From the IMG/VR virus record IMGVR_UViG_3300025929_000014, positions 41,787-105,786 of that record: a stretch of 64,000 nt of DNA; one strand, 5' to 3'. Below the pieces are notes generated by a model. It searched no databases. It saw nothing but the letters and a program-made list of their open reading frames with translations, and was not told the DNA's origin. The position numbers and the translations under genes were made by a program. This DNA is from a virus. Of this stretch, positions 55,178 through 64,000 are shown in pieces; position 1 is the stretch's first letter, and every line of letters begins with the position of its first letter.

Positions 55178-56641
55178 TTATGCCTTGCCGTAGACGTGCT
55201 GGTGGATGTACTGCGTAGCCATCGACAGCTTGTCGTCTTCGGAGGTGCTCTCAAGCGCCTTGTTGAGGTGGCTATCTACCACATCACGCTCGGCGGCATT
55301 GAGGGTGAACTGTTTGTTGACGGCGAAAGCGATTTCGGCGTTGGCAACACCCTTGAGGACACCGCCAGACCCTTCCACCTTTGCCAGACGATCCTCGATG
55401 CTCGCCACTTCCTCAGCGAAGAAGCTCTTGAGCGTATCGGCGAACGCGGCCTTTGTGGAATCGGGCGTGACAGCCTTCGTGAGGTTGCCGCCAAACAGTG
55501 CGGAGAAGGTATCCATGGCTGCTTCCTTGGCGATCTTGTAGATCTCCTCAGCCGATAGATCAAAAGGAGAGCCGGCGTCGGCAGCCTTGCTCGAAAGCAG
55601 GGGCTGATGACCTTGCCAGCCGGTGGAATCCAGGGAGGGATGGCCGACTTCAGGCGGAAAGCCTGTATCGGTGAGCGGCTCATTGCCGGAACGCACGGTC
55701 GCGGGGTTGGCGTTGGGCGAGAAGCCGGCAGCCGTACGCGTATCGAGCCGGTCGGCCAGCGCGCGAATCTGGCGCACGATGCTATGCACATCGGTGTCGG
55801 TATTTACTTCGGGAAAGACCTCCGGCCCACGCGCCGGAGGGGTGGGATCGGTGGAGGTCTGGTGCGCGGCGTGTATCGCGTTCGCACGCTCGAATGCCGC
55901 GAAATCGGCGGCGGGAGAAGCATCGGCCTGCGGCGTACGCGGTACGGCGCCCTTGCCGGTCAGTTGATCGTCGTCCATGTCGGCTCCCGCGCCATTGGCG
56001 CCAGCGCAGTCACAGCAGCCCGCGCCAGGAGGGCAGGTGCATTGTTTCTTGTCTTTATTGCAGCAGGCGCACATGTTATCGACGGTGCCGGGCTGCGTAT
56101 CGGTCAGTTCGTGGTGTTCGTGGCTATGCACGGATTTTCCGGTGAGGGAGTCGCCGGTCTGGCAATCGATCCAGTCGTTGCCGACGGCCTTGCAGATGGC
56201 GAACTTGGCTTCCATGTTGGCAGGATGATCGACGACGGAGACCTCGACGAGGTTGCCGCCCACGATCCGGCCTTTCGGCGCGTTGGGGGTGCCATGGATG
56301 ATGGTGGGGTTCTTGACGCCGATGGAGAAGCCGGAGAGCACGCCGTTGGTGATCAGCTTCCAGGCATCGTCATCGACGATCTTGGCGCGAATCACCGGCA
56401 CGCCGTCGGGGGTATCCATATTGACGGAGACCGCTTTACCGACTGGCTTCTTGGGATCGTGCTGCTGGCGGATATTGCCGAAGCCGGCCCAGGGAAGTAC
56501 CGCCTGGCGCAGCCACGCCGTATCGACGATTTGACCGTCGAGATCGGTATTATTGGGGCCGGAGATTGGCCCTTCGATCTCGCGCGTGGAGGCATCCATC
56601 TTGGTGATGGGCGCCCAGAGTTGCATTTGGGGATCGTCCAC
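55178..56641 (-). CDS. Prohead protease (HK97/XkdF-like) fused to scaffold region
   Basis: DLDGQIV, IRQQH, LSGFSIG, LVEVSVVDHPAN; helical acidic C-terminus. Confidence 0.88.
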   Translation of the reverse strand: MDDPQMQLWAPITKMDASTREIEGPISGPNNTDLDGQIVDTAWLRQAVLPWAGFGNIRQQHDPKKPVGKAVSVNMDTPDGVPVIRAKIVDDDAWKLITNGVLSGFSIGVKNPTIIHGTPNAPKGRIVGGNLVEVSVVDHPANMEAKFAICKAVGNDWIDCQTGDSLTGKSVHSHEHHELTDTQPGTVDNMCACCNKDKKQCTCPPGAGCCDCAGANGAGADMDDDQLTGKGAVPRTPQADASPAADFAAFERANAIHAAHQTSTDPTPPARGPEVFPEVNTDTDVHSIVRQIRALADRLDTRTAAGFSPNANPATVRSGNEPLTDTGFPPEVGHPSLDSTGWQGHQPLLSSKAADAGSPFDLSAEEIYKIAKEAAMDTFSALFGGNLTKAVTPDSTKAAFADTLKSFFAEEVASIEDRLAKVEGSGGVLKGVANAEIAFAVNKQFTLNAAERDVVDSHLNKALESTSEDDKLSMATQYIHQHVYGKA

Positions 56642-56729
56642 AAGTCGTCCTTAGACGGAAATGGCAAACGTTGTGCCGAGCGAGGAAGGTGCTCAGGACT
56701 AGGCGTCGTGGGAGTTGACGCCTGACAAC

Positions 56730-56756
56730 ATTCTAGTATTAGTATAGCAGGTCAAA
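56730..56756 (-). promoter_or_regulatory. Putative late promoter for protease-capsid operon
   Basis: AT-rich; TGcTATACT extended -10 and a TAGAAT hexamer. Confidence 0.5.
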
Positions 56757-56767
56757 ACAAGCGCGAT

Positions 56768-59700
56768 CTATGCACTACGACGCAGATGCGCGTTGTGCTC
56801 GGCGATTTGGTCGGCGTGCGCGGCCATGCGGCGCCAGGAGACGTTCTGATCGCCCCGTTGCTGGTGCTCGTTGGCCCAGAACCGCAAGGAGCGCTCCGTT
56901 TTCTTGAGCATCTCGCTGCCTGACTCATTGCCGGTATAGCGCTGAGGATTGCGGTCGTGCATCAGCATCTCCGCATAGCGGTGACCCTCCAGATCCTGGC
57001 GCGGGACGCCGGCATGGTGGAGGAGCGCCTTCAGGCCCTCGTGCAGAATCTGCTTTTTCTGCGCTTCGGGATCGGCGATGTTCTTGCCGGCCACGTAATG
57101 GCGCCCGACCTCCTTGCCGGCGTTCCAGGCCGACTGATCTCCGAGATCGCCGGCCGCGTGCCCGGTCGGAGCGGCCGTCATGCGGTAGGAATCGCCTCCC
57201 TCATAATTGAGGTGGTGGACACCGCCCTGCCCGAACTGCGAGACTTCCCGATGCAGATCGCCCAGGGCCTGTTCGTAGCCGGGAGCGTCTTTTGGATTGA
57301 CGCCGGCTGGGCGGGGAACGGTGCGCCCATGGAAGCGCACCGGCGCATCACTGCCAGGCTGGCGGTACTGCAAGCTGGGAGTTGCGGTGCCTTCCTCGCT
57401 GCGCACGGAATCGCCGGGAGAAAAGGCTTCGGGAGTAGTGGCGAACTGGCCGCCCTGCACGACCTTGCGGTGCGCTGCCAGGCGGTCCCGGTCGCTAACG
57501 GGAGACGCTGCCGGTGTGGGCTTTGCAGGGGCAGATGCCGGTGCCGGTGCCGGTTTGGCGCTGGCGCCCGCTACGGGCGTGCCGGCGTTGTCGATGGTGC
57601 CATCCCAGGCCGGAGGCGTTGCGGCGGGAGCAGCTGTCGCGGCGGCGGGTTTCGCCACGCGCGGGAAGGTGGCGGGCTTGACGGATTTAGGTGGTGTTGC
57701 GGGAGCCGCAGTAGCTGGGCCTGGCGCTGGGGCTGAAGCCGCTGGTGCAGCCGATGCTGGGGGCGGAGCCGAAGCAGCTGGTTTTGCTGCTGCCGTACCA
57801 CTCTCTTCCTCCTTTGCATAGCGGTCCCTATGCCGCCCCGCCTCAATGGCGTCCATCCCTATCGCATTCCAAGCGGCCATATTGTGTCTTTGGCCAGACG
57901 CAATAAGTGTTTTCGCCTTTTGGTAACGCGCTTCTGGAGAATTATCTGGCGCAGCTGCTTCGGGCGCCTGTGTCTGCGGTTCTGGGGCATTGGCGCCGGC
58001 AGTATGCCGGTCTACCGCAGCCGCCCAATCGTGGGCTGGGCCGTGATTGGGATTGACCTCGCCGCGCGCTTGGGCTATCGCACCGTAGTGCTCTGCCAGA
58101 GGCTTGGCGTGTGCGAGGGCGGCAGTGTGCTGAGCAGGAGAGAGACCAGTGGCCCAGGATCCCGCGCCGGCCGCCTGATGCCCAGCCGTGTGCTCGGCGA
58201 CCTGGGCAGCAGTGAGTGTTCCCGCTTGCGGCTTTGCCGCAGACGGTGTTGGGGCGGGTTCCGGCTTAGCTGTAGAAGCTGTCTCCGGCTTGGCGGCGTT
58301 ATCGGGGTGGGCCGCTATCAGCCTATTCATAAGACTGACATTCTGCTTGGCTTGATCGACCGTCGTCTCGTGGCGTCCGAGCTTCTCATCCCAGTCTTTG
58401 CCGCCCTGTATATGGTCGTAGCCGCCCCTGGCACGAGGAGACTTGGCCTCGTCTTCGTTGTCCTGATGATCTTCCAGCGCGCGTTGCGCATTTTGCAGAT
58501 CAGTCGTGGCGGCGGCATGGCGGTTCTGCAGGGATGCCATCGGTTCGGGATGCGCCTGATGGTGCGCCATCAAGGCGTCCTCCAGCTGCCGGCGCTGGGA
58601 GCTAAGATTGGCGCGCTGCGCGCTGGGTCCAGGTTGAATCCCCTGGAAACCCCTGGCAGTCGCTGTGAGCTTGTTATAGAGGCTGGTACGGTGCGCTTCG
58701 GTGTTGTTGGCTGCCGCCATTTCTGCCTGGTCGCGACCGCTCGTCCTGTAGCCTCCGGCACGCGTACTCGGCTTTTCGCCAGCGCCCTGCGCCATATGCA
58801 ACTTGTCGTTCTCCGTCTGCAGCCGGGCATGCTCGGCGGAAAGCTGATCGTGCTGTACTTGCAGGGAGTGGACCTGGGTGCGGGCGCCGGCATGCTGCGC
58901 GGCCTGCAGCTGCGCGCCGACGTTATTCATGCGCTCGACATGGCTTGCCAGCGCCGCGTCATGGGCGGCTACGTCCTGCGCCTTGACTGGCGCAGCTGCC
59001 GGTTTGGCGGGCGCTGGGGCAACCGGTTTAACGGGAGCGGGAGCTGCCGTCTTCGGTGCGGGTGCGGGTGCGGGTGCGGGCTCCGGCTTGGATTCCGGTG
59101 CGGGAGCTGCTGCTACCGGCTGCGGATTGCTCAGCTCCGGCAGATGCTTCTCGAACAGCTCTTGATCTTTACCGGCTTCAGCCTGGGCGCCAGGTAACGC
59201 GCGCTGGGCCATGTCATCGTGATGCTGTGCATGTTGCTGCAGCTCGTTGAAGGCTTCGGCATGCTCGTGGTAAGCGGCATGATCGCCCTCAGCCGGCTGA
59301 TGCTGCTCGTTGAGCGCGTGTGCCGCCTCCTCATACATGCGTCCGGCCCGCACATGACCGTTATAGAGATGGGTGTTCGGCATCTGCTCGCGAATAGCCT
59401 GCGAGAGCGGGTTATTGACCGCATCGAGGTGCGGATGCGAGTGTTGCAGCGCAGCGCCCAGATCCTCGTGCAGCTGATCGTGCCCATGCTGCATGGGGGT
59501 TTTGGCGTTGATATGCTGATAGGCTTGCTGCGCGAACTGGCGCGGGCTGAAGGCAGGCTCGGCAGCCGGCGCAGCCGCAGGAGGCGGTGCCTCTGGCGCT
59601 GCAGGCTTGGGTGCTTCCGGCGCTGCGGGCGACGGCGCACTAGGAGCCGGTGGCGCTACCGGTTTTGGTGCCGGAGGCGGTGCTGCTTGTGCCGGAAGCG

Positions 59701-61693
59701 GTGGCGGAGCAGATACCTGCGGAGCCGGCGCGGGTGCGGGTTTGGGCGCTAGAGCAGGGGGAGCGACTGGAGCCGGCATTGGGGGAGCGCTCGACGCAGG
59801 AGCAGGTGCGGCTGCCGGTTTCGGTGCAGGCGCCGGAGCGGGACCGGCCTGCGGCGAGGCACCGGCAGGTTTGGCGCCATTTTGCGGCTTGACCTGCCAG
59901 GGGGGTGGAGCTGTGTAGGGCTTCTGCTGTGGAACGGATTGGTGCGCGACAGCCGGCGTCGCCTCGTCGCCATGATAGGCGGCGCTCAGCGTATCGCTGG
60001 CCTGATCGGCTTTCTTCTCCATGCCGCGCGCGAGGGCGCGATGCAGGTTGGCGGTCGGCCCGTTGCCGGCTGCCCGATGCGCCTCTTCCAGATGCGTATG
60101 CGCGAGATAGTGGCCGAGATCACCGCCCTGTTGCTGGGCGAACTGCTTCCACTGGTCGTAGCTGCCGGCATGCTGCGAGCCGGCGACTCCCCGGAAGTTC
60201 TCCGGTGGATAGTATTTGCCGATATACTCGCCCAGGGCCGCTCCGGCTTTGCCTTTCGCTTCGGCGCTGGCTTGCTGGGAGGCGGACTGCTGTGGCGCAC
60301 CGCCTCCAGAAGCGGGAGCGCCTCCAGGTGCGGATGGCCCTGCAGATGGTCCTGCAGACGGCTGCGCGGAGCGGGGCTGTGACGGCGCTCCAGACGCTGC
60401 TGTGGGCGCTGCTGGGCCAGCCTGATGCTGTTGTGGAGGGGCGCCTGCTGGAGCTGGAGCTGGAGCAGGCGGTGCTGGCGGAGCAGCCTGCGGTGACATA
60501 GCGGGAGCGGGAGCGGGCGCAGCTTTCGGTGCCGGAGCGGGAGCGGCTTGCGGTGGCGACGCCGGTGCAGGTGCAGGGGCAGGGGCAGGGGCAGGTTTGG
60601 GCGCAGCTGCGGCCTGTGGAGCGGGTGCCATGGGCGCGGGGGCTGGTGCTTCAGACGCTGCTTCGGCTGGAGGCGTTGCAGGTGCCATGGGAGCTTCCAT
60701 AGGGGCTGCGGGTGCCATTGGAGGGCTTCCAGCCTGTGGCGCCTGTTGTGGCGCTGCTGACGGCATCTGCGGGGCGACACCCTGATCGAAATTGGTCTGC
60801 ATGCCGGGTACATGGCCGCTACTGCCGGTCTGGGTGCCGCCTGGTGCTGGTGCCATGGGGGCGGGAGCGCCTGATGCTTGTGGTGCTTGCGGGGCTGCGG
60901 CCGCTTGTGCTGCCGGCGCCGCCATGTGCGGCATGCCGCCGTAGAACGCCCCCTGGAAGCTGGCCGGCATCGGCTGCCCGGTCTTCGAGGAGTATGAGTC
61001 GCGGAGCGAGCTTTCGAGGTTGCGGGCCACCTGTCCCCTGGCCATGCGGGGCGGCTTGCCCTCCATGGCGGGTGCGGCTTGCGCTGGGGCAGCTTCTTCC
61101 GCCTGTGGCGCTTCTGCTTCAGCTGGTGCTGCTTGCGCTGCCGGTGCGCCGATGCCTGCCGGGCGTGGACCACCACGCCTGGGAGCGCCAGCGCTTGGCG
61201 TAGCCGGCGTGGGAACCGGCGTACGCATGGCGGCCGCCCTGGTCGGCGTGGCATGCTGGGCGGGATCGAACTCCCGGTAATTGGGATGCGCGTTATGCCC
61301 TTCCGGCGTGGTGCCCGATGGGTGGTGCGTGATGGTCACCTTGTGCTGGATATCGTGTGGCACCGGTGGCAGGTGCTTGATATTCGCGCCGATCAGGTGC
61401 GCCGGGCCTTTGGTGACCACGCCGCCCGCACCGACAAAGATATGGGTGACCATCTCGCCGTCGTCGTCTGGCGTGGCGTGATGAATGGTGATCCAGTGTC
61501 CGCCACCACCAGCTGCCTTCCCCAGATCGATGCCCAGCGCCATACAGGCGTCGGGATCGGGGAACAGGCTCTTGATGATGTCGAGCTGGCGATTATAGAT
61601 GGCCGCATGCTGCGCCGCTCGAAACAACGCAAGCGCCTGCACATCGGCAGGGTCATCGCGGACGATGACGTGCTGGGGAACGGGTTGACGCAC
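56768..61693 (-). CDS. Giant Pro/Ala-rich low-complexity protein (putative internal head protein)
   Basis: 1641-aa ORF; AAGGAG SD before GTG; head module location. Confidence 0.8.
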   Translation of the reverse strand: MRQPVPQHVIVRDDPADVQALALFRAAQHAAIYNRQLDIIKSLFPDPDACMALGIDLGKAAGGGGHWITIHHATPDDDGEMVTHIFVGAGGVVTKGPAHLIGANIKHLPPVPHDIQHKVTITHHPSGTTPEGHNAHPNYREFDPAQHATPTRAAAMRTPVPTPATPSAGAPRRGGPRPAGIGAPAAQAAPAEAEAPQAEEAAPAQAAPAMEGKPPRMARGQVARNLESSLRDSYSSKTGQPMPASFQGAFYGGMPHMAAPAAQAAAAPQAPQASGAPAPMAPAPGGTQTGSSGHVPGMQTNFDQGVAPQMPSAAPQQAPQAGSPPMAPAAPMEAPMAPATPPAEAASEAPAPAPMAPAPQAAAAPKPAPAPAPAPAPASPPQAAPAPAPKAAPAPAPAMSPQAAPPAPPAPAPAPAGAPPQQHQAGPAAPTAASGAPSQPRSAQPSAGPSAGPSAPGGAPASGGGAPQQSASQQASAEAKGKAGAALGEYIGKYYPPENFRGVAGSQHAGSYDQWKQFAQQQGGDLGHYLAHTHLEEAHRAAGNGPTANLHRALARGMEKKADQASDTLSAAYHGDEATPAVAHQSVPQQKPYTAPPPWQVKPQNGAKPAGASPQAGPAPAPAPKPAAAPAPASSAPPMPAPVAPPALAPKPAPAPAPQVSAPPPLPAQAAPPPAPKPVAPPAPSAPSPAAPEAPKPAAPEAPPPAAAPAAEPAFSPRQFAQQAYQHINAKTPMQHGHDQLHEDLGAALQHSHPHLDAVNNPLSQAIREQMPNTHLYNGHVRAGRMYEEAAHALNEQHQPAEGDHAAYHEHAEAFNELQQHAQHHDDMAQRALPGAQAEAGKDQELFEKHLPELSNPQPVAAAPAPESKPEPAPAPAPAPKTAAPAPVKPVAPAPAKPAAAPVKAQDVAAHDAALASHVERMNNVGAQLQAAQHAGARTQVHSLQVQHDQLSAEHARLQTENDKLHMAQGAGEKPSTRAGGYRTSGRDQAEMAAANNTEAHRTSLYNKLTATARGFQGIQPGPSAQRANLSSQRRQLEDALMAHHQAHPEPMASLQNRHAAATTDLQNAQRALEDHQDNEDEAKSPRARGGYDHIQGGKDWDEKLGRHETTVDQAKQNVSLMNRLIAAHPDNAAKPETASTAKPEPAPTPSAAKPQAGTLTAAQVAEHTAGHQAAGAGSWATGLSPAQHTAALAHAKPLAEHYGAIAQARGEVNPNHGPAHDWAAAVDRHTAGANAPEPQTQAPEAAAPDNSPEARYQKAKTLIASGQRHNMAAWNAIGMDAIEAGRHRDRYAKEEESGTAAAKPAASAPPPASAAPAASAPAPGPATAAPATPPKSVKPATFPRVAKPAAATAAPAATPPAWDGTIDNAGTPVAGASAKPAPAPASAPAKPTPAASPVSDRDRLAAHRKVVQGGQFATTPEAFSPGDSVRSEEGTATPSLQYRQPGSDAPVRFHGRTVPRPAGVNPKDAPGYEQALGDLHREVSQFGQGGVHHLNYEGGDSYRMTAAPTGHAAGDLGDQSAWNAGKEVGRHYVAGKNIADPEAQKKQILHEGLKALLHHAGVPRQDLEGHRYAEMLMHDRNPQRYTGNESGSEMLKKTERSLRFWANEHQQRGDQNVSWRRMAAHADQIAEHNAHLRRSA

Positions 61694-61755
61694 TGAATGT
61701 TGCTCCTTGACAACTTACCGCATACGAAGCGATGCGGCAGGCTATCGACTGGTAA

Positions 61756-62286
61756 CTACTCGTCGAAGAACGAGAAGACCTCGCGCACGTCCTCGACGCT
61801 GGCGCATTTGCTCAGCTCGTACTGGACGTAGGAGGCTACGCCGTCGGGGATGACGGCACTGCTAAAGGGTACAACGGCTTTCTTGCCGCTGCGGGTAGCC
61901 TTGACGGCTTTGCGTTCCCAGCGGGCCAGATCCGCTTCGGCTTCTTCCGAGAGATCGTCCGCTTCGGGATAAGGCACAGGGGGCGTGGGGGAATCTTCGG
62001 GATCGTGATAGGTGTAGGTGCCGCCCGGATGATACTCGACATCGGGATGCCAATCTTTGAGCCAGGAGGGACAATGGACACCCAGGCGCTCGCACTCATA
62101 GCGCATCCAGGCCAGATGCTTGCGGCGCTGGTCGGTGCTCATGGAGGCAGGCGGCTGCTGCTGGTACATCAGGTAGATCCAGCGCTGCAGGTTGGCGCGA
62201 TCTTCCTGATCGGCCGGCTCACCCATGGGCTGCTGCTCGTCGCCCTGCTTGACGTGGGTGAAAAAGGATTTCGGCTGGGATTCCAT
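61756..62286 (-). CDS. Head-module hypothetical protein
   Basis: GGAG SD; C-terminal DLARWERKAVKA..GK..VPF.S..IP motif. Confidence 0.7.
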   Translation of the reverse strand: MESQPKSFFTHVKQGDEQQPMGEPADQEDRANLQRWIYLMYQQQPPASMSTDQRRKHLAWMRYECERLGVHCPSWLKDWHPDVEYHPGGTYTYHDPEDSPTPPVPYPEADDLSEEAEADLARWERKAVKATRSGKKAVVPFSSAVIPDGVASYVQYELSKCASVEDVREVFSFFDE

Positions 62287-62289
62287 TAG

Positions 62290-64000
62290 TTACTCATCTC
62301 CAAACTCTGTGAAATCCTCGCCGTCGTCGTGGCCGGGCCGCTTCTTTGATTCTACATCGAAGCCGGTGCTGATTTCCACCCTGTTTTCGCCTGGCTTGCC
62401 TTCCAGAATCCGGCCGCCGACGGAACGCTTTTGATCGAGGCGGGCAGCCATCTTATGGTCGTTGGTGTTCTTGCCTTCAGTGGTCACTGCGTGCAGCAGC
62501 ACATGCCGGGTCGTGCGGTCCTGGCCCAGACGGCTGATACGCCGGTCGGTCTGGTCTTGCTGACCATAGAGCCACTCGCGGTTGAGGTGGATCATCAGGT
62601 CACCGCCGCCACCGGGATCGTCATGATGACCCTGCAGATTGACGCCTTCGGAGGCCGCTTTGGTGATGATCAGCACGCGCAAGGGATCCCTTGGGTTGTT
62701 ATAGCGATTGATTAGCTCCTGGCGAGCGGTATTGTTGCCGGTCTCCAGGATGGCCACCTGATCGCTGCGCAGGCCGTTGCGCTTCATCACGCCGTCGCGA
62801 ATCAGCTTGAGGTGCATGCCCTCTTGCTTGCGCATCTTGCCGGACTTCGGGTCGAGCTTTTCGGGACCATTGTTATGGCCGGTGTAGATAACGGCGCCCT
62901 TGCCGCCATTGGTGAAGTGCTGCTGGATGATATTGGACGCCTCTTGCACCTTGGTCGAAACACCATCTGTCTCGCGTGCATACTCATTGACCAGCCGGCG
63001 TATCTCATGGCCGCCACCCAGCACCGTCATCTCTTCGCTGTTCGGCACCTTGGAGAGATCCAGAAGGCGGGGATCGACGGCAATCTGCTGCATGCGCAGG
63101 CCGAGCGTGACCAGCATCTCCTTCTTCTCTTTATTCGAGCCGCCGCCCCCCTCATCATCGCCGCCATCCTGATAGTCGCGCATGCTGGAGAGGATCGCCG
63201 TGCCGGCTTTCTTGAACATCGTATAGAGCTTGCTCTGGGCGGGGCTCATGGTGATGTTCCGCGCCTCTTCGATACGCGGCGGGATGGTCAGACCGGCGCC
63301 CGCCAGCTGCTTTTTGGCGTGCGGATCGTCGGCGGAGAGATAGAACATGGCCGGCTTGGCGCGGTCGCATAGCTCATCCAGGTTCTTATAGGCGGCATCG
63401 ACGCTATTGCCGTCGGCGCCGGCACGCTGGTCTACATAGCGGCTGATGAACTGGGCGCGCGTGCCCAGGAGGCCCGGCGAGACCATTTCGGTCATCTGAT
63501 GCACGTCCTGCGGCTTGTTGTGCATCGGCGTGCCGGTGAGCAACTGCATGCTCGACATGCCCATCAGATGCTCCCGGAAGGCTTTGGAGCGCTGCGAGGT
63601 GGGATTCTTGAGGTTATGCGCCTCGTCGATGATCAGGTGATCGGCGCCAAGACTCATCAACGCGTCCAGCTTACTGTCGTCATCGGCCGTATCTTCAGGA
63701 TCGCCCTTGCTGGCGATCTCCTGGTCGATGGCGGCAATACGCGCCACTGCTTTATTGTGGAAATCGCGCTGCGCCTGATTGCCTTGCAGCGAATGGCGCA
63801 GATCGTCCTCGAAGCCGGCGACGCTTGCCTGGTGCATCTCGCGCTCGGTCCTGAGCGCCTGAATCTCTTTATTGAGCCGGTCGCGCGAGGTGGTGGCATT
63901 CATGTCGCCGTAGCCGGCAATCACGATGTCGGCGGCGCGCATCTTCTCTTCTTGCGTCTCGGTGTCTTCCGGCTTCTGGCGGCCATCGGCCGTCAGCGCG
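62290..64000 (-). CDS. C-terminal part of a large SNF2-like helicase-domain protein (5' end outside window)
   Basis: IIDEAHNLKN, LLTGTPMHN, ASEGVNLQ, QTDRRISRLGQ; frame is open to the window edge. Confidence 0.85.
   Translation of the reverse strand, partial: ALTADGRQKPEDTETQEEKMRAADIVIAGYGDMNATTSRDRLNKEIQALRTEREMHQASVAGFEDDLRHSLQGNQAQRDFHNKAVARIAAIDQEIASKGDPEDTADDDSKLDALMSLGADHLIIDEAHNLKNPTSQRSKAFREHLMGMSSMQLLTGTPMHNKPQDVHQMTEMVSPGLLGTRAQFISRYVDQRAGADGNSVDAAYKNLDELCDRAKPAMFYLSADDPHAKKQLAGAGLTIPPRIEEARNITMSPAQSKLYTMFKKAGTAILSSMRDYQDGGDDEGGGGSNKEKKEMLVTLGLRMQQIAVDPRLLDLSKVPNSEEMTVLGGGHEIRRLVNEYARETDGVSTKVQEASNIIQQHFTNGGKGAVIYTGHNNGPEKLDPKSGKMRKQEGMHLKLIRDGVMKRNGLRSDQVAILETGNNTARQELINRYNNPRDPLRVLIITKAASEGVNLQGHHDDPGGGGDLMIHLNREWLYGQQDQTDRRISRLGQDRTTRHVLLHAVTTEGKNTNDHKMAARLDQKRSVGGRILEGKPGENRVEISTGFDVESKKRPGHDDGEDFTEFGDE

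Larger units (their letters stand above)
1..64000. mobile_element. Partial genome of a tailed dsDNA phage with contractile tail (myovirus morphology)
   Basis: Capsid, protease, sheath, tube, tape measure and baseplate genes on - strand; phage replication and nucleotide genes on + strand; dense TAATG/ATGA gene coupling; no host housekeeping genes. Confidence 0.95.

Noticed and set aside
59056-60600. GCGGGT/GCAGGG hexamer tandem repeats as regulatory or contingency loci
   Set aside because: In-frame 6-nt units simply encode Ala-Pro runs of the giant protein
19049-63372. Long + strand ORFs opposite the structural genes (e.g. 39928-41238, 49483-50841, 57830-59197)
   Set aside because: Antisense shadows expected in high-GC coding DNA; no SD or recognisable motifs
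1-64000. Genome-wide amber stop reassignment (alternative genetic code)
   Set aside because: Genes are full length under code 11, and TAG ends genes at sensible positions (e.g. capsid, sheath, ThyX, helicase)

Overview
The whole window is a ~64 kb segment of a tailed dsDNA bacteriophage with a contractile (myovirus-type) tail and high GC. It has two convergent arms that meet at a bidirectional terminator (~19,031-19,065). The + strand arm (1-19,010) is early/replication: beta-clamp-like protein, SNF2 helicase, many small ORFs, orphan HicA-like protein, Cas4-like nuclease + Sak4-like ATPase + SSB-like recombination module, dNMP kinase, HAD phosphatase, UDG-fused family A DNA polymerase, DRB0094-type RNA ligase, ThyX, N6-adenine methyltransferase and an Acb2/Tad1-like protein. 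The - strand arm (64,000-19,091) is late: a truncated second SNF2 protein, a 1,641-aa Pro/Ala-rich protein, prohead protease/scaffold, major capsid protein, neck, sheath, tube, frameshifted tail chaperone, tape measure (SLT), baseplate, fibres, and a lysis region with holin-like genes and four hydrolases. No integrase, terminase or portal is recognisable in the window, and the host is not determinable. The most unusual element is a ~700-bp non-coding RNA island just after the capsid gene. It holds three + strand tRNA-like genes with normal acceptor/D/T arms whose anticodon arms all fold best with 8-nt loops, a divergent structured RNA displaying anti-Shine-Dalgarno CCUCC loops, and a motif (TGGATGAAAYAG-N7-TGGA) also found at other control regions of the genome. 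Also notable are an apparent tandem duplication of the polymerase thumb, a UDG domain lacking its catalytic His, and six consecutive in-frame virion genes. All protein calls come from motif recognition by eye; no searches were run.
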